The notes under the pieces are model-generated. The model searched no databases and had not been told where the DNA came from. It worked only from the letters and a program-made list of their open reading frames with translations. A program made the position numbers and the translations under genes. DNA of 63,011 bases, filler included. It is 7 parts of 7 records of this genome, joined end to end, with 100 filler letters (N's around TTAATTAATTAA, not from the genome) between each part and the next. Parts side by side here need not be neighbours in the genome. Positions count along the whole stretch, not along the records: positions 29,519 to 35,851 come from DRR723986_7067; positions 35,952 to 41,087 come from DRR723986_7069; positions 41,188 to 49,429 come from DRR723986_7072; 4 more parts are not named here. One strand, given 5' to 3'. Positions 32,074 through 41,776 of the stretch are shown here, piece after piece (within the stretch, counting starts at the first letter, position 1; each line of letters starts with the position of its first letter).

Positions 32074-32718
32074 TTATTCGAAAGTGTCGGATTTGCTGCC
32101 GCTGGTCACTTTTGTCTGCGGGGCAGCGCTTCTGATGTATTCGCGATAAATTACCTGAGCGTATTTGCCATCAAGGGAATTTGCCTTGCGGTCAACAAAG
32201 CCTGAAACCTGCGTAATTGTGCGCCGGTTGCGGCGATCACGGTCCGCAGTTGGAACAAGCGGTTGTGTTTCTCCATAAGAAACAAGCGCTTCTAGGCGAG
32301 AACGCGAAATTCCGCGACTTGCGAAAAAGGCCACAACAGCCTGCGCGCGCCGAAGCCCAAGCTGTTTGTTATAGGCAGAAGATCCAACCGCATCCGTGTG
32401 ACCATAGATCCGGAATTTGACTTCGGGAAACTGAGAAATCCAGGTCGCTTGCTGAATGAGAGCCTGTTGGGCAGTGCTGTCCAGCTGCGCACTGTCGAAT
32501 GCGAAGTTGATTTGGGATGGGACTTCGCGTGCAAAGCGTTCCCCCAAGGCTTGCGCATAGTTCCGCTCGCCGTTCATCATTTGTGTATTGTTTAAGGTGG
32601 CGTTGCCAAAGGCGCCTGAATCAACCGCATATCCTGCTTCGCGTTCGCAAGCCGCCACTACCAGTGTCAGGCCTAGAACGGGGATCCATTTCAACATCGG
32701 TCGCATCCTTAGGGTCAT
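32074..32718 (-). CDS. OmpA-family lipoprotein in the tad locus
   Basis: Lipobox 'VAAC', 'GHTD', 'N..LGLRRA', 'YGE.QP', 'NRR'. Confidence 0.9.
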   Translation of the reverse strand: MTLRMRPMLKWIPVLGLTLVVAACEREAGYAVDSGAFGNATLNNTQMMNGERNYAQALGERFAREVPSQINFAFDSAQLDSTAQQALIQQATWISQFPEVKFRIYGHTDAVGSSAYNKQLGLRRAQAVVAFFASRGISRSRLEALVSYGETQPLVPTADRDRRNRRTITQVSGFVDRKANSLDGKYAQVIYREYIRSAAPQTKVTSGSKSDTFE

Positions 32719-34130
32719 TCCATTACATAGCCATAAGAGCCGCTAAAGTCTTGTTTTGCCACTTCGGATGCAGGGCCGCTTTGGGGGCGGTTGGTCCGTG
32801 CAACGCGCCCAAAGAGGAACAGATCACTCTCGCTTGGTGGTTTTACCCGGTCGGTTGGCAAGGCCAGCGCTTCACCCCGAGTGGGGGAGACCAGGTGAGC
32901 GGTGATAATGATAACAAGTTCGGTCTGGCTGCGCTGATAATTTGCACTGCGGAAAAGCGATCCTAGTACCGGGATGTCTCCAATCCAAGGAAGTTGCGCG
33001 TTGTTGTCGAGGAAATTGTCCTGGATCAGGCCTGCGATTGCAAAGCTTTCGCCATCGCGCATTTCCACTGTTGTTGTTGTTTCTCGGCGGGAAAATGCAT
33101 TGATCTGTGCACCGTTCACAGTGACGGCGTTCGCGGGATCCAACGCGGATACGGCCGCAAGGAGCTCCAGGTTGATCAAATCTTTGTCCACAACCCGTGG
33201 GGTAAAGGCCATCTCAATGCCAAATTTTTTGTATTCGACTGTGAAGATGCCATCCTCTTGCGCGACTGGAATAGGATATTCGCCACCGGCCAAGAACGTT
33301 GCTTCTTGACCTGACAGAGCAGAAAGATTCGGCTCAGCCAAAGTGCGGACAACGCCTTTTTGCTCCAGAGCTTCGAGCAGCAGGCGGACCTGCATGGACC
33401 CGGCTCCGAAACCAAAAAGCAAAGCGCCGGTGTTTTCATTGCCAACTGGGATGTTTCCGTTGAGTGCGTTCGTCAGGGCAGCTTGGGTATTCAGTGTGTT
33501 GACCCCGCCATTTGCGGCAACACCGGTGCCACCACTCACGCCAAGGGATGCGCTTAGAGATTTTGAAACAGACCGCTGCATTTCAGCAAAGCGCACTTTG
33601 AGCATGACCTGTTGCACACCGCCGACGTTCATCAAGTTTGATACGCGTTCGGGTGCATAGCGTTCGGCCAAATCCAAAGCCCGTTGCAGGCGGAGGCTGC
33701 TGGAGACCGTTCCAGACAGGACAATGCCGTCATTTGCAGTGCGGACTTCTATCTTTTCGCCCGGTAGAATCTGGCGCAGGCGTTCTTTGAATTCGGTGAC
33801 ATCGGCTGCGACCCGTACATCAACGTTCGTGATAAGGCGACCGGTTGCATCCAAAAGCGTCAACGTCGTGAGGCCGGGTGACTTGCCTAAGACATAGATT
33901 GTTCGGTCGGACAAAGATGAAATGTCGGCGATCCCGGCATTTGCGATGCTAAGTTCTGCAAAGGGTCTGTCACTTTCGACCACGACAGCGCGATTCATCG
34001 GAACCTCAAGCGTGGAGGACGTGCCTTGTTGAACAACCCGCAAAACTTCAGCTCCAGCTGGGGAACCAACTGGGTTGCACGTCAATGCCAACCCAAACAG
34101 GGCGGCTTTGATCCAAACGTCGAATTTCAT
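32715..34130 (-). CDS. cpaC: Tad secretin CpaC/RcpA
   Basis: 'QQVMLKVRFAE', 'LAEPNL', 'FLAGGEYPIP', 'LPWIGDIPVLGSLFRS'. Confidence 0.94.
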   Translation of the reverse strand: MKFDVWIKAALFGLALTCNPVGSPAGAEVLRVVQQGTSSTLEVPMNRAVVVESDRPFAELSIANAGIADISSLSDRTIYVLGKSPGLTTLTLLDATGRLITNVDVRVAADVTEFKERLRQILPGEKIEVRTANDGIVLSGTVSSSLRLQRALDLAERYAPERVSNLMNVGGVQQVMLKVRFAEMQRSVSKSLSASLGVSGGTGVAANGGVNTLNTQAALTNALNGNIPVGNENTGALLFGFGAGSMQVRLLLEALEQKGVVRTLAEPNLSALSGQEATFLAGGEYPIPVAQEDGIFTVEYKKFGIEMAFTPRVVDKDLINLELLAAVSALDPANAVTVNGAQINAFSRRETTTTVEMRDGESFAIAGLIQDNFLDNNAQLPWIGDIPVLGSLFRSANYQRSQTELVIIITAHLVSPTRGEALALPTDRVKPPSESDLFLFGRVARTNRPQSGPASEVAKQDFSGSYGYVME

Positions 34131-34270
34131 GTGACCTGCCTCTCCGATCACGCCTCAGTTTCGGGTCTTAGCGCCCGGAATTTTCCTTACCTTGCGCTAG
34201 TTCCATTTTTTTTGCAAGAATCAATGGTTTCCGCATCGTTTCTTATGTGGAGAACGCGCAACATGACGAA

Positions 34271-34299
34271 ATGAGACCTCAGCGCGGCTGAGATCTCAT
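34271..34299 (-). terminator. Hairpin downstream of cpaB
   Basis: ATGAGACCTCAGC / GCTGAGATCTCAT inverted repeat followed by TTT on the minus strand. Confidence 0.5.
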
Positions 34300-34322
34300 A
34301 GGAAGCAACTAATTGAATTTGC

Positions 34323-35180
34323 TTAGTTTGTACACGGGATTGGAATTTCCATCACTTCGGCCCCTCGGCGTTGGCGAATGGTGCAAACTTTTTTCTTAGT
34401 TTCCACTGGGGCTGCTTCGATTTCAGCCAGACCTAACAGTGAGCGCTGGTCAACTTCGATTGCAGCAGCAATTGTGTCGTCTTCAGCACCCACCAAGGCG
34501 AGGGATAGCCGGCCTGATGTTTGAGCTTGGGCAAGGGCGGCCACCTGTTCGGGACGCGCTGAGACTGTGACTGTGCGGGCGATGGTTGCACGGGTCAGAT
34601 CGCCACCGGAAATCTGGTCGACTGCGATGAGATTGATGTTGGCTTGGATCAATCGGGTCACCTCGCCACGTGCACCTTCGACTGCATCTCGCATACTGCC
34701 AGTCCAATAGACGTCAACACGATCGCCGGGGCGCAGGAAGCCAGAAACACCGGATGCAACGTCCACACGGATCGCAAAGGCGCGCATGCCGCGCTCTAAC
34801 TGTGACGTCAAACCAGCGTCTTCACCGGGTTTGGTGACTTTCACTGCAAGAATTGCTTCGTCTTTTTCCATCGCGCGCAACACGAAAGGGTTGTCCAATG
34901 GATCGGCGGGAAACAAGGCATTCACTTCACTGAAAGAACCTTCGGGAATGGCTGATTTGGGCCATTCAACCGCCCTTACGTTGTCTTTGTTCAGGCGTTG
35001 CCCATACCGAAGCGGTTTGGTCGCGACAAAAACAACTTGGGTCGGAACGGCAGGAGCGCGGGTCTGCCGTTCGCGTGCCAATTCATTTTGATAGGCTGAG
35101 ATATAGTTGCGAGCCATCATGACCGCGCCACCTGCCAGCGCGACCCCGAGTATTAAAACTAGTCCAAAAACTGAACGCAT
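34323..35180 (-). CDS. cpaB: Flp pilus assembly protein CpaB
   Basis: N-terminal TM, SAF domain, 'GMRAFAIRV', 'GVSGFLRPGDRVDV'. Confidence 0.94.
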   Translation of the reverse strand: MRSVFGLVLILGVALAGGAVMMARNYISAYQNELARERQTRAPAVPTQVVFVATKPLRYGQRLNKDNVRAVEWPKSAIPEGSFSEVNALFPADPLDNPFVLRAMEKDEAILAVKVTKPGEDAGLTSQLERGMRAFAIRVDVASGVSGFLRPGDRVDVYWTGSMRDAVEGARGEVTRLIQANINLIAVDQISGGDLTRATIARTVTVSARPEQVAALAQAQTSGRLSLALVGAEDDTIAAAIEVDQRSLLGLAEIEAAPVETKKKVCTIRQRRGAEVMEIPIPCTN

Positions 35181-35338
35181 ACCTGTACCTCATGTATTGA
35201 ATTCACCCCCAACCGGATTCGGGGATAAAAAGGGGTTCCCTCTTGATTGCCACTCAAGGGTGGCGGGGGAATGTGTCCAAAGTTAGGAAGACGCAGCGCG
35301 TTAAAGCGACCATTCAGAAGAATGTAAATTAAGTCGTT

Positions 35339-35530
35339 TTAGTTGAGCTCGATGTCGATCGTAGAGTCGTTCATTGCGGTTGAGAAATTCGTGGTGAATC
35401 CATCAACTCCATCTTCCATTACTGCGTACGTCGTTGCTCCAAGCCCTAAAACGAGAGCGCTTAGTACAACCCAGTCTACTGTGACTGCGCCATTCTGGTC
35501 TTCGATGATTTTCTTTACTGGCTTCCACAC
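35339..35530 (-). CDS. flp: Flp family pilin (copy 2; start uncertain)
   Basis: 'DQNG|AVTVDWVVLSALVLGLG' prepilin site plus hydrophobic helix. Confidence 0.8.
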   Translation of the reverse strand: MWKPVKKIIEDQNGAVTVDWVVLSALVLGLGATTYAVMEDGVDGFTTNFSTAMNDSTIDIELN

Positions 35531-35625
35531 GTTGAAATCCCAACCGGTCATCGGAGAAAGTTTGGGCCACATCGCTGTGCGATGCGGCCCAAGCGGTAAT
35601 CTTACACTATCAGGTCGTTCAGCTA

Positions 35626-35850
35626 TTAGCTGCCGCCGCCTGTGCCACCGGTCAGAGCGCCTTCGCTACCCAGTGTAACTGTGGTGCCGGACATTGCGGT
35701 GTCTACGTTACCTGCCAGGCCGGATGCACCGTCCGAGATACCTTGGTATGCAACGCCGCCCAGGGCAACTACGGCTGCGGTCAGAACAACCCAGTCAACT
35801 GTTACTGCGCCGTCTTCGTCGTTGCGGAAGTTTTTGATAAAGTTCATCAT
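35626..35850 (-). CDS. flp: Flp family pilin (copy 1)
   Basis: 'FRNDEDG|AVTVDWVVLTAAVVALG'. Confidence 0.9.
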   Translation of the reverse strand: MMNFIKNFRNDEDGAVTVDWVVLTAAVVALGGVAYQGISDGASGLAGNVDTAMSGTTVTLGSEGALTGGTGGGS

Positions 35851-35851
35851 G

Positions 35852-35951
35852 NNNNNNNNNNNNNNNNNNNNNNNNNNNNNNNNNNNNNNNNNNNNTTAAT
35901 TAATTAANNNNNNNNNNNNNNNNNNNNNNNNNNNNNNNNNNNNNNNNNNNN
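35852..35951. other. Artificial contig linker
   Basis: N44-TTAATTAATTAA-N44. Confidence 0.98.
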
Positions 35952-36063
35952 CCGGGATATTTCCGGACAGAAGAAACCGGGAGGGCGGTGGTCGTCCGTC
36001 GGGCGCAAGACGGGCGAATGGCGGGTTGGCTTTGGGTCAGGTGCGCCGGGAAAGCCTTTGGAA

Positions 36064-36972
36064 TCAGGAGTTTCCGTCCTTGAAGTCGAGGCCCATCTCG
36101 GAGTAGCGCTCTGCCTCTTCGAGCCATTTCTCGCGGACCTTGACCTGCATGAAGAGGTGGATCTTGCGGCCGAGGAATTCCTCGAGTTCCTCGCGGGCGG
36201 CCTTGGAGATGGCCTTGACCGTCTCGCCCTTGTGGCCCAGCACGATGCCCTTGTGGCCGTCGCGGGCGACGTAGATCACCTGGTCGATGCGGGCGGAGCC
36301 GTCGTCGCGTTCCTGCCAGCTTTCGGTCTCGACCGTCAGTTGGTAGGGCAGTTCCTGATGCAGGCGGAGCGTCAGCTTTTCGCGGGTCATCTCGGCGGCG
36401 ATCATGCGCAGGGGCAGGTCGGCGATCTGGTCCTCGGGGTAGAGCCACGGGCTTTCGGGCAGTTCGGCGCCGAGCCAGGCCTTGAGGTCGGCGGTGCCGT
36501 GGCCCTTCTCGGCGGAGATCATGAAGGTGCGCTCGAAGGCGTAGGCCTCGTTCAGGGCCTTGGAAAGGCTCAGCAAAACCTCGGCCTGCACGCGGTCGAT
36601 CTTGTTGATCGCAAGGGCCACGCGGGCGTTCTTGGGCAGGTCGGGGAGGCGTTCGAGGATGGCCTTGACGCCCGGTGTCATGCCGCGGTGCGCCTCGACC
36701 AGCAGCACCACGATGTCGGCATCCGCCGCGCCGCCCCATGCGGCGGCGACCATGGCGCGGTCGAGTCTGCGGCGGGGCTGGAAGAGGCCCGGCGTGTCGA
36801 CGAAGACGATCTGGGCCTCGCCTTCGATGGCGACGCCGCGGATGCGGGCGCGGGTGGTCTGGACCTTGTGGGTCACGATCGAGACCTTGGCCCCCACCAT
36901 GCGGTTGGTGAGGGTCGATTTGCCCGCGTTGGGCTCTCCGATCAGGGCGACGAAGCCCGCGCGTGTGGTCAT
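36064..36972 (-). CDS. era: GTPase Era
   Basis: 'GEPNAGKST', 'QTTR', 'DTPG', 'NKID', 'ELPY', KH domain. Confidence 0.97.
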   Translation of the reverse strand: MTTRAGFVALIGEPNAGKSTLTNRMVGAKVSIVTHKVQTTRARIRGVAIEGEAQIVFVDTPGLFQPRRRLDRAMVAAAWGGAADADIVVLLVEAHRGMTPGVKAILERLPDLPKNARVALAINKIDRVQAEVLLSLSKALNEAYAFERTFMISAEKGHGTADLKAWLGAELPESPWLYPEDQIADLPLRMIAAEMTREKLTLRLHQELPYQLTVETESWQERDDGSARIDQVIYVARDGHKGIVLGHKGETVKAISKAAREELEEFLGRKIHLFMQVKVREKWLEEAERYSEMGLDFKDGNS

Positions 36973-37276
36973 TCTCGGTCCCGGGTTTTGGGTTGTGAAG
37001 GCGTGTGTCTAGCGGGTTAGCGCGGCTTTCGCCATAGCGCAAAGGGGTTTTGTCCCGCGGCACGGGGCGCGCGCTGCGTTAGGGGTGGGGGTTTAACCGT
37101 TTCGAAAGGTGAGTCCCGGCCGGTTTTCGGGGCTGAACCGGCCGGTTGCGCCGCGCTGCGGCGTGGAAGCGAATCGGGTGCCGGGGGCGCCAAAGCGCTT
37201 TGGGCGCGGGTCGTGGCCCCTTGGCGCCGGGCGGGGCCGGAAAGCGCTTTTTCCCCGCGCACATTTTCGTGAGCGG

Positions 37277-38155
37277 TCAGGATTTTCCGCGCGCGCGGTT
37301 GTCGCGGATCAGCGAGTAGATGCCCGCGAGCACGACCAGCGCCGCGCCGGTCAGGGTCAGCGCGTCGGGGCGTTCGTCGAAGAGCAGGTAGGCCAGCACC
37401 AGCGCCACGATCAGGCGGGAGTAGCGGAAGGGCGCGACGACGCCCACCTCTCCGGTGCGCATGGCGAGCGTCATGGCGGTGTAGCCGAGGACTCCGGAAA
37501 GCGCCGTGCCGGTGACGAGGGCGGTGGCGGCGGCCCTGGGCAGTCTTGGCGCGCCGGGTTCGAAAAGCAGGATGACGAGGCCCGCGACGGTGACGACGGC
37601 AAAGCCCAGCACGCCCATCTGCACGGTGTGCACCCGGGGCGGGGCGACGCGGGTCATCAGGTCGCGGCCCGCGAAGCCGATCATGCCCAGAAGCGCCAGC
37701 ACCGCGTTGGGCTGGAAGGCCTCGGGCGTGGGGCGGACGATCAGCAGCACACCCACGAAGCCCACGGCCATGGCGGCCCAGCGGCGCGGGCCGATCTTCT
37801 CCCCCAGCACCAGCGCGGCGCCCAGCATGACGAAGAGCGGCGCGGCCTGCAGGATCGCCGAGGTGGTGGAGAGCGGCGTGTAGGCCAGCGAGAGCGCGAA
37901 GAAGAGCCGTCCGGTGATCTCGAAGCCGGTGCGGATCAGCAGCGGCCCGCGCAGGTAGTCGCGGGTCCAGAGCGGAATGCCCCGGGCCACGGCCCATGCG
38001 GCGTAGATCAGCATGGCCATGAGGCCGAACTGCACGGTGCCCATGCCGGGCGTGATGCCGCCGGTGGCGGTGGCGGCCTTGAAGAAGGCGTCCTCGATCC
38101 CGAAGCCGAGCATGGCGAGGATCATCCAGAGGGCGCCGCGCAGGTTGTCTGTCAT
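37277..38155 (-). CDS. DMT/EamA family transporter
   Basis: About 10 TMs, 'LGEKIGPRRW', 'VAPFRYS', 'LFDERPD'. Confidence 0.9.
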   Translation of the reverse strand: MTDNLRGALWMILAMLGFGIEDAFFKAATATGGITPGMGTVQFGLMAMLIYAAWAVARGIPLWTRDYLRGPLLIRTGFEITGRLFFALSLAYTPLSTTSAILQAAPLFVMLGAALVLGEKIGPRRWAAMAVGFVGVLLIVRPTPEAFQPNAVLALLGMIGFAGRDLMTRVAPPRVHTVQMGVLGFAVVTVAGLVILLFEPGAPRLPRAAATALVTGTALSGVLGYTAMTLAMRTGEVGVVAPFRYSRLIVALVLAYLLFDERPDALTLTGAALVVLAGIYSLIRDNRARGKS

Positions 38156-38273
38156 CGGGCTTCGTCCTTTGGGGGTAGCAGTAGCGGGGTGGGACGGAAG
38201 GGGGAAGGGTCTCACTTTTGCCATATGGGGTGTGCAGTCTCTTGCCGTTTCGCGTTTTGAGGGAGCATTTTGT

Positions 38274-38831
38274 GTGGTCGAAGACTTTCAGGAGCTGAGT
38301 TGGCTGGCCCTGCTTGGGGTCGCGGTCCTCTTCGGGCCGGTGCGCGGGATTCTGCGGTCGCGGAGGCGGGCGGCGCGGCGCCGGCGGGGGCGGCGGCCCG
38401 AGGGGTCCGTCGTGCCGCTGCGGATCGACGCGGGCGGCGAGATCATCGGCAGGGCCAAGGTCACGGATGGGGACGGATTGCGGATCGCCGGGCATGACAT
38501 CCGCCTGTTCGGGATCGACGCGCCCGAGATGAAGCACCCCTTCGGACCCGAGGCGAAATGGGCGCTGATCTATCTCTGCAAGGGGCAGACCGTCCGGGCG
38601 GAGATCGTCGAACGCGACCCGCATGGCCGGATCGTCGCCAAGTGCTTCCTGCCCGACGGGCGGGACCTGTCGGCGGAACTGGTGCGTCAGGGGCTGGCGC
38701 TGGATTGGCGGAAGCATTCCGGCGGGGCCTATCGGGGGCTCGAGGTGCCCGGCGTGCGCAAGAAGCTGTGGCTGGCGGATGCGCGGCAAAGGGGCCGGAT
38801 GGACCTTTGGCGGGCCTACGAGGCGCGTTGA
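38274..38831 (+). CDS. Thermonuclease (SNase-like) with N-terminal membrane anchor
   Basis: 'VTDGDGL', 'IRLFGIDAPE', 'RDPHGRIVA', 'LVRQGLA'. GTG start after GAGGGAG. Confidence 0.88.
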   Translation: MVEDFQELSWLALLGVAVLFGPVRGILRSRRRAARRRRGRRPEGSVVPLRIDAGGEIIGRAKVTDGDGLRIAGHDIRLFGIDAPEMKHPFGPEAKWALIYLCKGQTVRAEIVERDPHGRIVAKCFLPDGRDLSAELVRQGLALDWRKHSGGAYRGLEVPGVRKKLWLADARQRGRMDLWRAYEAR

Positions 38832-39068
38832 GGCTGGCGGCGCGGGGTGTGCCGCCGACCGGCGCCGAGCGAGGACGCGAGCGCGTCATGCGCCACTTTG
38901 GTCGGCGTCTGCTTCCGCTTCTGTGCCATGCTGCGCGCCCGCGCCATGCATCGTGGCGGGTGCTCTACGGGGCGTCGGTCGGGGCCTGCGGCGCTGGCGG
39001 GTGCGCCGCTGGCACGGGGCGCCTGCGTTTGCGTGGGGGGGAACGGGCTTCGAAGCCCGTTCGGCGCC

Positions 39069-39755
39069 TCAGTCCAGCCGCTCGAGCAGGGCCTTGGCCG
39101 CCGCCTGTTCGGCCTGTCGCTTGGCGGGGGCGGTGGCCCGGGCGGTCTCTCCGGTCGAGAGCTGCGCCTCGATGGTGAAGACCGGCGCGTGGTCGGGGCC
39201 GGTGCGTTCGATCACCGCGTAGACCGGCGGCGGCAGGCCGCGGCCCTGCGCCCATTCCTGCAGCGTGGTCTTGGCGTCCTTGGCGTCCTCGTCGACGCTG
39301 CCGATGCGCTCCCCCCAAAGGCGCAGGATCAGCGCCTGCGCCACCTCGAAGCCCGCGTCGAGGTAGACGGCGGCGATCACCGCCTCCATCGCGTCGCCCA
39401 GAAGCGCCAGCTTGCGGCGGCCGCCGGACATCTGCTCGGACCGGCCGAGTTTCAGCGCGTCTCCCAGCGCGATCTGGCGGGCGACGTCGGCGCAGGCCTC
39501 CTTGCGGACCAGCGCGTTGTAGCGCGGCGCTAGTTGGCCCTCGGAGGCCTTGCGGTCGGCCTTGAGCAGCGCCTCGGCCATGACCAGCCCCAGCACGCGG
39601 TCGCCGAGGAATTCGAGACGCTGGTTGTCCTCGCGCCCGGGGCCGGACATCGAGGCATGGGTCACGGCACGGCGCAGAAGCCGCGGGTCGGCGAAGCGGT
39701 GGCCCAGCCGCTCCTGCAGCGCCGAAAGGTCGGCCGAAAGCTTTTCCTGCGCCAT
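39069..39755 (-). CDS. rnc: Ribonuclease III
   Basis: '[14 protein letters not shown]', dsRBD 'AKTTLQEW...GPDHAP.F'. Confidence 0.97.
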   Translation of the reverse strand: MAQEKLSADLSALQERLGHRFADPRLLRRAVTHASMSGPGREDNQRLEFLGDRVLGLVMAEALLKADRKASEGQLAPRYNALVRKEACADVARQIALGDALKLGRSEQMSGGRRKLALLGDAMEAVIAAVYLDAGFEVAQALILRLWGERIGSVDEDAKDAKTTLQEWAQGRGLPPPVYAVIERTGPDHAPVFTIEAQLSTGETARATAPAKRQAEQAAAKALLERLD

Positions 39756-39762
39756 CGCGGCC

Positions 39763-40596
39763 TCAGTCGATGCGGTGGAAGAAGCGGTCGGAGCGCCATG
39801 TCCAGAAGTACAGCATGGAGCGTCCGGCGGAGGAGAACATCACCCGGTCGGCGCGGCCCACGAGGTTCTCGTAGGGCACGAAGCCGACGCCCTGCGCGAT
39901 GGAGGGCACGCGGCTGTCGGAGGAGTTGTCGCGGTTGTCGCCCATGAAGAAGAAGTGCCCTTCGGGGACGGTGTAGACCGAGGTGTTGTCCGAGCCCTGC
40001 ATGGCGATGTCGAGGATCGAGTGCTGGGTGCCGCCGGGCAGGGTCTCGATGAACTTGTCCTTGGTGCAGGCGCCGCCGGGGCCCACCGGGCCCTCCTTGC
40101 AGCGCGGGCGCAGCCCCTGCGGGCCCTGCGGCTCTGCGGTCTCGACGAACTGGCCGTCGGGTTCGACCGTGACGGGTTCGTCGTTGATGTAGAGCAGGCC
40201 GGCCTTCATCTGGATGCGGTCGCCGGGCAGGCCGATCAGGCGCTTGATGAAGTCGCGCCCGTTGACCGGGTGGCGGAAGACCACCACGTCGCCGCGCTGC
40301 GGGTCGCCGCCGAAGAGGCGGGTGTTCTCGCCGTCGGCCCAGCCGCAGAAATCCTTGGCGTCGATGTCGATGCCGAAGCGCGGCACGATGATCGAGGGGC
40401 AGGAGGCGTAGGAATAGCCGTAGGCCATCTTGTTGACGAAGAGGAAGTCCCCGATCAGCAGGGTGTCCTTCATCGAGCCGGAGGGGATCCAGAAGGGCTG
40501 GAACAGGAAGGTGCGGAAGACGCCCGCGATGAGCAGCGCGTAGACCACGGTCTTGATGGTCTCGACGATGCCGCCCTTCTTTTCTTCTTTGGCCAT
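39763..40596 (-). CDS. lepB: Signal peptidase I
   Basis: 'IPSGSM', '[11 protein letters not shown]', '[11 protein letters not shown]'. Confidence 0.97.
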   Translation of the reverse strand: MAKEEKKGGIVETIKTVVYALLIAGVFRTFLFQPFWIPSGSMKDTLLIGDFLFVNKMAYGYSYASCPSIIVPRFGIDIDAKDFCGWADGENTRLFGGDPQRGDVVVFRHPVNGRDFIKRLIGLPGDRIQMKAGLLYINDEPVTVEPDGQFVETAEPQGPQGLRPRCKEGPVGPGGACTKDKFIETLPGGTQHSILDIAMQGSDNTSVYTVPEGHFFFMGDNRDNSSDSRVPSIAQGVGFVPYENLVGRADRVMFSSAGRSMLYFWTWRSDRFFHRID

Positions 40597-40840
40597 GGTG
40601 CCCTCTGCCCCCAGTATGGTGTCCCGCGCTTCATGGGCGGCAGGTGCGGGCGTGTCAAGGCGGGCGCCCGGGGCGGCGGAGGTCGGGGCTTCGTGGCAGG
40701 CGGTGGGAAGGCCCGTCGACGGGCCTTGACCGCGCGCCGGGGACGGTGTGGTGGGCTTCGCGGGTTTGGCGTGGGAAGGGCGCGTTTTGTCGGCCCAGGG
40801 GGGCTGGAGTGTGGTCGGGGGCCGCGGCGTTGGCGTGGGG

Positions 40841-41087
40841 TCAGTCCCGTGCCGAGGGCCGCGCTTCGATCACCACGAAGGCCTGCGCCCAGGGGTGGTC
40901 GTCGGTGAGGGTGACGTGGATGATCGCCTCGTGCCCCTCGGGGGTCATCGCGGCAAGACGCTCCGCCGCCCAGCCCGTCACCTGCATCACCGGCTGGCCG
41001 GTGTGGAGGTTCGAGACCGCCATGTCCTTCCACGAGATGCCCATGCGCAGCCCGGTCCCCAGCGCCTTGGAGCAGGCCTCTTTCGCG
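40841..41087 (-). CDS. acpS: Holo-ACP synthase (3' part)
   Basis: '[12 protein letters not shown]', 'TLTDD...AQAFVVIE'. Upstream of lepB. Confidence 0.92.
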
Positions 41088-41187
41088 NNNNNNNNNNNNN
41101 NNNNNNNNNNNNNNNNNNNNNNNNNNNNNNNTTAATTAATTAANNNNNNNNNNNNNNNNNNNNNNNNNNNNNNNNNNNNNNNNNNNN
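41088..41187. other. Artificial contig linker
   Basis: N44-TTAATTAATTAA-N44. Confidence 0.98.
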
Positions 41188-41500
41188 CTCGCTGACCAAG
41201 CTGGACGTGCTCGACGGGTTCGAGACGCTGAAGATCTGCGTCGCCTATGATCTGGACGGCGAAAAGCTGGACTATCTGCCGACGGCGGCGGACCAGCAGG
41301 CGCGCTGCACGCCGATCTACGAGGAAATGCCCGGCTGGTCGGAATCGACCGAGGGCGCGCGATCCTGGGCCGATCTGCCTGCCAATGCGATCAAATATGT
41401 GCGCCGGGTCGAGGAACTGATCCAGTGCCCCGTCGCGCTTTTGTCCACCAGCCCGGAGCGGGAGGACACGATTCTCGTGACTGACCCGTTTGCCGACTGA
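41188..41500 (+). CDS. purA: Adenylosuccinate synthase (3' part)
   Basis: 'LTKLDVLDG', 'PIYEEMPGW', '[11 protein letters not shown]'. Confidence 0.94.
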
Positions 41501-41739
41501 TGGCGCTGTCCTACAAAGCCCGTCGGCGCTGGTCGCTGATCATCCTGCTGGTCGGGTTGCCTGTCTATATCGGTCTGGCCTGGTTCCTGCTGAGCCTGTT
41601 CGAACGCCCGTCGATCCTGCTGGAGCTGGGGATCTATATCGCGCTCGGCATTCTGTGGGCGGTGCCGTTCCGCGCGGTGTTCAAAGGTGTGGGACAGGCT
41701 GACCCTGACGCTGCAAACGACGACGCCCCGGACAACTAA
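41500..41739 (+). CDS. Small two-TM protein (DUF2842-like)
   Basis: Coupled to purA. 'ARRRWSLIILLVGLPVYI...LGILWAVP'. Confidence 0.75.
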   Translation: MALSYKARRRWSLIILLVGLPVYIGLAWFLLSLFERPSILLELGIYIALGILWAVPFRAVFKGVGQADPDAANDDAPDN

Positions 41740-41776
41740 GCCCGGGGCGCTCAAGTCTTTGATGGCCGATATCGGA

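Noticed and set aside
35900..40908. Long Arg/Pro/Gly-rich ORFs (387, 590, 383 and 452 aa)
   Set aside because: Off-frame or antisense products of very high GC, overlapping era, DMT, nuclease and lepB
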